A model generated the notes under the pieces. The model saw only the letters and a program-made list of their open reading frames with translations. It was not told where the DNA came from and ran no database searches. The position numbers and the translations under genes are program-made. 64,000 nt of DNA from Folioceros fuciformis (Eukaryota), in NCBI GenBank assembly GCA_049999805.1, contig JBNGIO010006247.1, positions 240,498 through 304,497 of the forward strand, in the 5' to 3' direction. This document shows positions 54,566-64,000 of the stretch, one piece after another. How positions within the stretch are numbered: position 1 is the first letter of the stretch; each line of letters begins with the position of its first letter.

Positions 54566-54943
54566 GGGCCAAGTATAGACCCAACGAGAATCTTGCAAGC
54601 TTGCAACACACACAAACCTTTAAAGTTGGTTACAAATCATGTGCCAAGCACAAGCCCAACTAGAATCTTGCAAGCTTGCAACACACACAAACCTTTAAAG
54701 TTGGTTGCAAATCATGTGCCAAGCACAAGCCCAACGAGANNNNNNNNNNTTCAAAGCTTGCAACACACACAAACCTTTAAAGTTGGTTGCAAATCAAAGG
54801 CCAAGCTTAGAGCCAAACAAGAATCTTGCAAGCTTATTACACACACAAAACTTTAAAGTTGGTTGTAAATGAAGGGCCAAACAAAGACCCAAGGAGAATC
54901 TTGCAAGCTTGTGATACACACAAAAGTTTAAAGTTGGTTGCAA
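54566..54943. repeat. 75-bp tandem satellite, at least 5 copies, with an internal 10-N gap (54740-54749)
   Basis: gaatcttgcaagcttgcaacacacacaaacctttaaagttggtt at 54588, 54663, 54821 and 54896, plus a partial copy after the gap. Confidence 0.92.
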
Positions 54944-56356
54944 CTAGCTGGAATGGACCAAATGACTTATGCTAAGAAGAAAAACAGATGACCCATCTCA
55001 TACAAGACACCAGGGTCTGGGTGCCGGTCCTGGCCCGGTTGCAGTGCAATGCCGGTTGCCAGTTACGCAACTGGCAAAGCAGAGGTACTGGTCAGCTGAG
55101 CAAGGTGGGCGGAGATTGAAGGCAGGGAGGGCATAACGGAGGAGGGTTGTTAACAGCGTTCCGACACGCCGTGAGGCGAGATTTGGTTGGGGGCGGCGAG
55201 GCGCATGCTGCCAAAAACGGCGTACAGTATGTATGTAGGCGCAGTCAGATACATTTACATACATCAGATATGTCGGCGAAATCCGAGGGAGACGCGTATT
55301 GTAGACAAGTAGGGCAGTGAGGCAGAGAGGCCCCACCGACTGCAAGCCCGGGCCCTGGGGGCGGCGCGGGGCTGGAGTGGAGTGATCGATTGCGGGCCTC
55401 CTTCCCCGAAGCTGCGAGTGTGGGCCCGGGCTCACCGGCCGGTGCCGGTGCCGGTCTCGGTGTCCGTCCAGTCTCCACCTTCCCTTTTACGTACAGTACA
55501 GTATTCCCGTTCTCGCGGCACGGAACGGGGGTGTGAGGGCCGGGGCCAGGCGATGCGCTCTGAATCCGTGGCGAATCCGGCGAATCTTGACCGCCGTAGC
55601 TGAGCGGCGCGTCTCCCGAGGCGCCGTGGCCCGGGCCCCGGGGCCCCAGCTTCGGCCGTGCCCGGGCCTGGCAGTGGCAGTGGCAGTGGCAGTGGCTGTG
55701 GTAGTGTGACAGTGGCAGGCCCCTTCCTTTTGAGACGCGCGTCTCCATGAAAAATGCCTCGTGTGGTTCCATGGGACCCTCCCGGCCCCGGCCCCGGCCC
55801 CGGCTGCTTTTCCGTTCGACGGCTCACAGCTCTCTCTTCAGGAGCGCAGGCGGAGGCGGAGGCGGAGGAGCAGGCAGCGCATGCAAGCTCCAGGCAAGGC
55901 ATCGCGTAAAGGACCGGCTCCAACAAAAGCCCTTTAAGCTAATAGGTTATGAGATGCGCGTCATGGTGACCGCCTCAAATGCGCAGCTCGCACTTTACCG
56001 AGATCCGGGAAACAAAAACTGTACAAAGGCCTGGAGACCTTACGTGCCGGCGAGCTCTGTATGAAGGAAGGAAGGAAGGAAGAAAGGAAGGAAGACAGGA
56101 AGAGCAGGCTCCGCCACCTTCGAGCCCTGCTTCACGTTCTACGAAACCGAAGGTGGGTTGCGGGATCCAGGCATGTTATTCTGGGGAGATTGTCCTGTCG
56201 GGGAATTTGGGCCCGAATTTTCAGTGGCTTTGGAATTCTTCCGTGTCGGGCAAATACACATGTCAAGCACCGAGCCTCACACGAGAAAGGGGTGAAGAGG
56301 AGGGGCGGAACGGAACGTAACGGGACGGAACGGGACGGGACGGGACGGGACCGGGG

Positions 56357-56456
56357 NNNNNNNNNNNNNNNNNNNNNNNNNNNNNNNNNNNNNNNNNNNN
56401 NNNNNNNNNNNNNNNNNNNNNNNNNNNNNNNNNNNNNNNNNNNNNNNNNNNNNNNN
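56357..56456. other. Assembly gap (100 N) next to a GGGAC/GGAAC microsatellite
   Basis: Run of N preceded by (gggac)n. Confidence 1.
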
Positions 56457-57158
56457 CCGGTACTGTTTGTGGTGCGCGCCGTTCCGAGGTTCCTCTCTCG
56501 CTTGGCAGTTGGAGCATTAATATTCCGGCCCCGCCTCTTGCGATTAAGTATTTGTTTTCCGTGCCTTCCTTAAACTGCCTTCATGCCCAGCCTACCGATT
56601 CATTGCTGGCCTCTGATTATCTGCTCCCCGCTGTGGCAACTTGGTAAGGCAAGGCAGGCCTCGCAGTCCAAATTTGCTTCTGCTCCCACAGCGAGTGCGG
56701 CTGCCTCTTGCGTCTCGGGTCGCTCTGCTGCTGCCGCGCTGCGGTTGGGAAGGCGTCAATTCGTGGCGGCTCGGTACGATCGTGACCGGAATTGGCCGCG
56801 GCAGTGCTGGCGTGAGGTGGAGAACTTGGAGGTGAGGAGGCGAGGCTTGGCTTGGCGGAGGGAAGGGGCTGCCGGTGCCAATGGATCTTCAATTTTCCGG
56901 GACAGAGGAAGCCCGGGGTTTGTGGGGGAGCTCGGTTATGAGGATTGCCAGCTTCGGTCCTTGACGCGTGCGCTTCCGACAAGGCAGATTGCGTCTTTGT
57001 GCTATTTGCTGTTCCCGCTGCAGGATAGTGTATCTCTAGGGCCGCTCTTGGAAGCGCAGTAAGGGCAAGGGCCGGCACGGCACGCCGCGCCACGGCACGG
57101 CCCTTGTCTCCCCTTACCTGCTGCTGCTCCTGCCGCACTTCTCACTCTTGCCTCTGAG

Positions 57159-57807
57159 ATGTCCAGCGAGGGCTCCCAGCCGCGTGGTACGGAGAAGGAT
57201 GTTTCCTACTCCTACATTCTCATGGTGAGCTGATTTTGTTGCCGGGACCGTGGGAAATCCGACAGGTCTGGTCTGTTAAATTGTTTGTTTCATGGCGGGA
57301 GTCGGCGCTTTTCTGAATCTGCTCTCGGAGATCTCATGTCGTGTCTGCTTCCTGGATTCCAGGTCCAACATCTAATTGAGAGATGTTTGAAGCTCTATAT
57401 GGACCGTGATGACTGCGTGGACGCCCTGGAGAAGTATGCTCATGTGAAGCCTGTCATAACTTTGACTGGTACGGCACGTATTTCACCTCCACCTTCTCTC
57501 CTTGTTTGCTTACACATCCGCGTTGCATCAATTGCGCGCCTCCTCATCTCCTCGCACGCCAATGCTGCCGGCTTTTCTTTCCCATTTCTTAAGCATGCTG
57601 CTGCTCCCTCCTAACGTGGATCGTTGGGCTCGCTCGCCATCAGTTTGGAAGGAGCTGGAGAAGGAGAACAAAGATTTCTTCTTGGCCTACTCGCAGCAGC
57701 TTGCTGACACGGAGGCCAGAGCATTCAACCAAGCTCTTGAGGAAGCAACCTCCAAGCTCTGTCGACAGAAGCTCGACGAGTGTGCAGAGATTCTCAAGGA
57801 CCTGTGA
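57159..57807 (+). CDS. Plant-specific TIGR01589 (A_thal_3526) family protein; exons 57159-57224, 57363-57468, 57644-57807
   Basis: Spliced product SYILMVQHLIERCLKLYMDRDDCVDALEKYAHVKPVITLTVWKELEKENKDFFLAY; GT-AG boundaries are in phase. Confidence 0.9.
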
Positions 57808-59534
57808 CCACATCAGTGCTCAAGCCCGATGTCGACGCTGCTTCCATTCTGTCTCTACCTGTATCGCCAAGGACATTCTAGCTCTTTCCAAACACGCATC
57901 TGGATGTGACATGTCTATTAGGTGTCGGTTGGCTGCCCTCCCTTCGTCAAGCAGAGTCTCATGGAGTAGTTGTTGGGGTGAGCAGCATTGTCACGCCACC
58001 GTCCGTTGAGGGCCACCGCTGTCACCCATACGCTGAGTATGTATAGGGGAATCTTATTGAGCGGTCCTGGATCTCATGGAACCTTGTCTGGCCATGTCTT
58101 TGTCGACACGGTGGTGGGAATATCTCTGCCTCACCATCGTATGCCGCCAAGTTGCTCTTGGACGGAACAGATCACAACTTCATGGTGTTCCATTTCTGTC
58201 CAAGACCTCTACCGGTACGCAGAAGGTCAAACCGAGTTTGCCAAACTATTTACGATTCTATGCCAATAAAACTGTTCGGCTTATGCAATAAAAGATGAAC
58301 CACGAGGCGACGGCGGCGAAGGCGCTTCATGCTTCAAACAAACCGCACGCCACCAAACCTGGAAACCAAGTACGTGGGAAGAACGCCGTATGTACTGTAT
58401 ACGAGCTTTATTCTCTCCTGTGTATTTATTTTTCCTCTTGTTTGAATTATAAGTTAATATTTTATTTTTCTTATGATATGAAGTATTTTGACTTGATAAA
58501 TAGTAGGTTCTTATACACAAAATAATATCTGAGAATTTGATTTTGAAACAAAGAACTAAGACCATACACTTTTGGAGTCATTCAAGCAAAATATTTACTG
58601 TTAAGATCTTTTGGCATATAGTATCGAATCCTATAGTTTGGGCCCCCCTAAGATTGGGTTTCATTTGGATTTTATTTTTATCCAAAATAACATATAATTA
58701 TTCATAGTTATTTTATTGTAAGTAATATAGAATGTTAATAAAAAATAAAGTACATATAAAAAGTATGGATAGATTTTATCATTTAAAATTATAACAAGCT
58801 TGGGACCATAATAAAGTAGAGAACAACGGTGCATAGCTTGGTGTTGGTTCATAGGATTTCCTTTGCTTCCACTAATTTTCTCCATGACGTGGAGTGGACA
58901 TCTCGCAAAACCGAACACCAAACATAGCTAAACCACTTCGTTTCGGATTAAAATTGATAACAGACAAATCAAATGTTAGTAAACCCTCCGTACTGATGAA
59001 TCGATACACATCTCTAGCAGAAGTACATTTAGTCTTCGAGCGAACGCATCCCAAGGTGGGTTCGGATAAGCACAGCGTCATCTGTACAAGCACACCCACT
59101 AAACTTCTGGTGGGGAGAGACGGAGAGAATGGAACGTCTCGTCTCTTGGGAAGCGAAGAATTTACTTCCTCAAACTTCCGACCTGACAGCCCGAAGAAAC
59201 AGCCTACTACCTTGACAGTTATCCCCTCTTTACAGAATCCATGAAAGAAGTAATCGCTGCTAAAAAAATGTCAGATACACATGCAACTTTCTTGCACGGC
59301 ATTTCATGCGCAGACCGTCAGCCCCCACCAGGCCCCCTAGCAGGCGTCACACTACAGTGGAAGAATGGTCAAGTGAATATTCCCCGTGTGCTCAATATCA
59401 ACCCGATCAAGCTGATGGCAGAGATCCGTCTCTTAGCTGGAAAAACCTTGCCCACTCATGTATGACAACCTCCACCAAGTGTCAAAGGAACCCAGGCAAA
59501 CCAAGTCGGCTGCAGACAAAACGGCGCACAGTGT

Positions 59535-59619
59535 TCCTATTTTGTTTTTCCAGGCAAGGTGAGCATGTTCTTCCTGACAGGATGAACATGCTCACCTTGC
59601 CTGGAAAAACAAAATAGGA
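59535..59619. repeat. 85-nt near-perfect inverted repeat (hairpin)
   Basis: 36-bp perfect arms, one T-T mismatch, 5 more bp, then a 1-nt centre. Confidence 0.95.
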
Positions 59620-59699
59620 TGGGACGCCTTTCACCTGATGCGCCCATCACGGTCCAAGGTCAGCTGCTAACACATCATTCCTCGTTATCTCCCTTGACA

Positions 59700-60840
59700 T
59701 ATAACCCATTTGGCAATGTTGCGATGCCACATGTCAACTCTACCCTTTGCCGGAAAAACAAACGCACATGCCACTGTTCTAAAGTGCTCACCAAAACCAT
59801 ACAGCAGCAAACAATCTGCCTCCAAACGTTTTGAATGCGTGATCTCCATAGCCAAATGTCGTGACTGACATCATTGTACCATAGAAAACATCTATCCAAT
59901 TGAGTCCGTTCAACTTGAGCATTACCAGAGTACCCACAGCAAAGCACAAGCACACTGTGCCGATGGCTAGCCCGACCTGCACAGGTTTCAAACTCTGTCT
60001 GCATCAGTGAAAAACCCACAAAAATCCAAACACCTCGCAAACTATTGCTGATGCTAGAGTACTCCCTTCATCCGGCAGCGCATTCTACCCTTCTTTTAGT
60101 TCATGACATACTTACTGTCCCGCTGTCTGATGATGTCCTCTCGATGTCACTCAACAAGACAGTCTCTTGTTTATTCAACACAAACGTTAAGAGGCCACTT
60201 AAAAGGGTGTCCAAGAAGGCCACTCCAAAGATGACAAACAGGCTCGCAAGTTAAATTGGCGGAGCTCGTAAGGGGAACAATGTCCCTATACCCAATCGTA
60301 CACATGGTGACCACGCAAAAGTATAGTCCGTCCAGGAAGCCCGTTGGTACAGGGAATTCCGCTTCCTTCCATGCAAAAATGGCGATGCCTATAGCTAAGT
60401 ATATCAGAAGTCCCATCCTGGCTTGTAGGACAAAAGACGAAGCTGTTTGAAGATTGGGCCTGTTGGATATGTCCTTCCTGGACGGTCCCATCGAGTGCAG
60501 CACACCGCCAGGACAGGTGTCGGCTCTGTTCAAGCACTTTTCCCTGTAAGGCAACCGCTCCATGGCATCCGCCAGCTGCAAAAGAATGTCATGCTCTTGG
60601 GATCTACTGTCTCCCAACGAAGATTCAACAACTGCGGCATCATCATCTCATATAGGCTGCTCCAACGAGCTCCAGGTCATCGATTCCGGACATCACATGG
60701 CTCGGCAATAAAGGCTCGGCCCCACCGACTTGTACGTTGTCCTCGGGGAGGACAACGCCCTTCCCTCCAAGGAATCATCTTTCTCAGGCAGCAGCCTGTC
60801 CTCTAGAGTTTGGAAGAGCCGAGGCCCCCTGTCAAATCAT
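59700..60840 (-). pseudogene. Two-pore K+ channel (TPK) pseudogene
   Basis: DGLYFCVVTMCTIGYRDIVP (pore 1) and WIDVFY...SVTTFGYGDHAFKTFGGRLFAAVW (pore 2) separated by frameshifts; no C-terminal EF-hand region seen. Confidence 0.85.
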
Positions 60841-61256
60841 GGCCTCGGGCTCATCCGCAGCAGTGGATACGGCATGTCCGGATGACTCCTCGATCGCTGC
60901 CTGCACTCCAGAATTATTCAAGGCAAGCGACGGATACCACCTGAACTCGCGAAAGCGGCACGAGCATAACTGTCATGTTGCATGAAGGCTCACAGCACGG
61001 GGAGAAAAACGTAACCTACGTAAGCCTCAGGAGGACGAGACAACCATTAGAGAGAGCAGCTTCCCGTATTCGCCCTGCCTCCGTTTCAAACTTATACCGC
61101 TGGGTACCGTGCACCTCTTATTTGACGACCTTCGAGAAAGAGGGCATACGAGAGAGCAGTTCTGAATTTTTCCTTGTTCTTGCAGACGACTGTCCTTGCG
61201 CTTCGTGCCCATCCAAGTCCCACATCCCTACGTGCAAGCCACCCGAGTAGTCGCGT

Positions 61257-61500
61257 CTATGGCAGCAAGCCTGGTCTTCAATCCTCAGCTCCGAGTACGT
61301 GTTGCCTGTCCCCACCCGATTTCGTAATGCTTCGCCGACTATGGCAGCAAGCTTGGTCTTCAATCCTAAGCTCCGAGACGTGTTGTCTGTTCCAACCCGA
61401 TTTTTCTAATGCCGTGCGGCCTATGGCAGCAAGCGTGGTCTTCAATCCTAAGCTATGCGACGTTGTCTGTTCCCACCCGATTTTCCGGATGCTGCGCTAT
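61257..61500. repeat. 82-bp tandem repeat x3
   Basis: ctatggcagcaagc...tggtcttcaatcct starts at 61257, 61339 and 61421. Confidence 0.88.
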
Positions 61501-61870
61501 GTCGTGTCGCGTCGCGTTCATGGATAAGTGTTTTTTATTTTCCCTTTGTTGGTCGCACATTTACGCGTTTCTGCGTCGTGCGGGCTGGGAGTCCTATAAG
61601 TAGCACTTGTAACTGCAGTGTACAATACATCGTTGGCAACATCTTTACACTCTGTTTTGTGTAGGACTTCAATTGTAGACGTGCCTGTATGTGTCATTTG
61701 ACATTCTTGCATGTTGCTCTTCCGCTGCCGGTGTGGAATTCGAAATACGGGTCGTCCTGGCGGAAGGGAGTTAAGTAGTATATAACGCCTCCGTACTTGT
61801 GTGCTGTGTGCGAATGTAGTACATTCAAGGCTGCCTATAGGGTGACAAACTGCTTGCAATTTTATCTGCA

Positions 61871-63205
61871 GTGGAGGGAGTTTGTGAAGTCCGCGATATG
61901 AAGGGATTTCGGGAAGTTCCCAGGAAGGAGCATCTTGAGAGGGCCACTCGGGAGAGCTTGGAGGAATCTTACTTGGACATGGTACTGCTATGTGATCGCA
62001 AGGTAGGGGACTGTACTAAGAGCTCCGAATTAACTGCACAGGCTGGTTCGGCGGTAGGGGTGGATAACATTGAGATGAAACAGCTTACAGAATGCGTGTT
62101 AGGAGACGATTTTCGGAGAGTACAAGCAACGGAGCACGCACGTTCGAGAAAACAGGGCAAGGCTAACTTCGAAGCTGATGACACAGGAACGTGGGAAGAG
62201 TTTGAATCCGAGGAACAAGGAGAACGATGCACGGAAGAGTATGGATCCGAGGAAGTAGGAACAAGATACACGCAAGTGTATGGATCGGAGAAAGTGGGAG
62301 ACCCTCGCACGCAAGAGTATGGATCCGAGGAAGGTGGAGAAAGTATGGAAGGGCATGAATGCGAAGACGCAGTAAAAAGTAGCATACAGGAATATGAACT
62401 CGCCGCGGCCCAGTCACCGCACTTCGGAAGGTTGCTGGAGCACGCGGGCGATGCTGCTCAGTTATGTGAGGAAGCAAAAGACGCGTGCAGGTCAAGGACG
62501 CTTACGGAATTGTTGAATCGTGTTTATAGTTTGACACTCGACAGAGCAGAAGAAGAAATCGATGCTCCAAACGGAAGAACTCTTCTCAACCCGAGCGAAA
62601 AACTTGTACAAGATGTGCAATTACCATGCATCAATGCTTCCACACTTGAGGCTCACAGGTTTAGGGTTGACTTTGGAGACGTGCTAGAGTGGTGCACTGT
62701 GGACATTGTGTCACCTTCCTTGTTGATGTGCACAATAGATGTAAGGCAGTTCCTGAAAGTTGATTTAAGGTCTATTGGAATCTCAGCCGGTGCGCCGCTC
62801 CAAGTGTGCGTACACGAGAGTGATGGGAAGACGCACTTCGAAGCATATCAGCAGACTTCATCTGATACAGAAACAAGAAATACTATCGGGCTGCGTTTTC
62901 TCATTCCAAATTTGGTGAGAGACTGCTTAACTCCTGTGGACAACCTTTTTCCGGTGGACGGCTTTCACCATGACAACCTTGTAGTGGGAATGCTGCAGAG
63001 CCTGGCTTGGTACCTCCTCAACCTGTCAGGCATCTGCTGCGTTTGCCGGATTCAACGCTGCCGCTCCTCTTTTCCATCGGAAGACTTTGGGTCTTGCGAC
63101 TCAACCATTTGCCTTGCCCGGCTAGATAATTGGACGCACATATCGGCATATGGTGTACATGATTCGCTATCTAAACCGCTGCATTATCTAATCCGAACAG
63201 ATTAA
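61871..63205 (+). CDS. Uncharacterised protein: acidic EYGSEE repeats plus a Cys-rich motif resembling the PARP6/8 pre-catalytic region
   Basis: 444-codon ORF preceded by a tctgcag acceptor; motif NLVVGMLQSLAWYLLNLSGICCVC...CDSTIC. Confidence 0.5.
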   Translation: MEGVCEVRDMKGFREVPRKEHLERATRESLEESYLDMVLLCDRKVGDCTKSSELTAQAGSAVGVDNIEMKQLTECVLGDDFRRVQATEHARSRKQGKANFEADDTGTWEEFESEEQGERCTEEYGSEEVGTRYTQVYGSEKVGDPRTQEYGSEEGGESMEGHECEDAVKSSIQEYELAAAQSPHFGRLLEHAGDAAQLCEEAKDACRSRTLTELLNRVYSLTLDRAEEEIDAPNGRTLLNPSEKLVQDVQLPCINASTLEAHRFRVDFGDVLEWCTVDIVSPSLLMCTIDVRQFLKVDLRSIGISAGAPLQVCVHESDGKTHFEAYQQTSSDTETRNTIGLRFLIPNLVRDCLTPVDNLFPVDGFHHDNLVVGMLQSLAWYLLNLSGICCVCRIQRCRSSFPSEDFGSCDSTICLARLDNWTHISAYGVHDSLSKPLHYLIRTD

Positions 63206-64000
63206 GCAGATTAAGCCTCCTCACCTGGCTCTAAATTGAAGAAAGGCTGTGTCAACTGGTGAAGTTCTTGGTACACGTTTCGCGCGCATGTATCTGTTAT
63301 CTGGATACTGGACCTCCTTTGAATTGAGAGAATTCCTTCTCTTCTATGACCTTAAGGATTTTGCTTACTGGGCCTTGTTCTGATTTGCTTCTCTTGCTGT
63401 GTCAACCAAAGAGGCGGTCCTGCATTGCTCCCAATCTATTGCTGAGATCCCTCGTATTCTCGTGTTATTGTCGTTTCCCAATCTTGTTTATCTAAAGTAA
63501 AGGAGATTGCTCGTTTCTTTCTTATGGTTTCACACACACTTTGTTTTACTTGGAATGGCCAAAATCCGTTTGAGAGTGGAAATCCCTGTTTTAACAATTT
63601 TGAAATGTGTCTTTTAATCGTCCAGAGTCAAACAAACTTCCACATTAAAGGTGTTGCTGCGCCTTGAAAGCCTGATCACCAAGGTTTGGCCGATGGCTTT
63701 GATGTGATATATTCTTGTTTTTATTCTCTATCTCAGCCCCTCTATGCACCCTTTACCAGATGGAAGGGCCAGCCAACATAGATAGGAAAAACGTCGAGGG
63801 TCAAAAACAAGAGCAGTAGATATGTCCCTGAGCATGCTTCTCGCATGAAATTAAACATCTATGAAGAGCGAATGGTGGGTGACGAAAAAGACTTCGGAAA
63901 GGAAAAGCTCCAACGCAAACTAGTCACTAGTCCCAAATCTCAACGTACAAACTTCGACCCCAGAATGCCGAGACCACTTTTCGAGTCGACCCCAGAATGC

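Noticed and set aside
54566-54943. CRISPR-like regular array
   Set aside because: Whole units repeat with no unique spacers; eukaryotic context; no cas genes.
55000-57140. GC-rich ORFs with HCHCHC/PGPGPG runs
   Set aside because: Translations of microsatellites in promoter or leader DNA next to a gap.
58860-59470. ORFs 58894-59244 and 59241-59465
   Set aside because: No recognisable homology or splice support.

Overview
Eukaryotic land-plant nuclear DNA with short introns and dense genes, which suggests a compact bryophyte genome such as a hornwort (inference). Left to right the window holds: decayed TE sequence with a Ty1/copia LTR element (about 4.3-10.7 kb, minus); an ABCC/MRP transporter and its degenerate tandem copy; Elongin C head-to-head with a DDM1-type SNF2 remodeller; a LOV/LOV (PAS/LOV, LLP/PLP) protein; a secreted Gnk2/DUF26-like protein; GDP-L-galactose phosphorylase (VTC2/GGP) with its conserved ACG-initiated uORF; a plastid sigma factor; a long SURP + Pro/Gln-repeat + C-terminal SRI-like gene; a stand-alone MLKL/MCAfunc-like four-helix-bundle ORF; a TIGR01589-family gene; a TPK K+ channel pseudogene; and an ORF with a PARP6/8-like Cys motif. 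The most striking observation is that the blue-light sensor LLP/PLP, a known binder and inhibitor of VTC2 in angiosperms, lies about 5 kb from VTC2 on the same strand, suggesting a regulator-target micro-cluster for ascorbate control. Caveat: a 100-N assembly gap separates the two genes. All calls are from motif recognition by eye; no searches were run.
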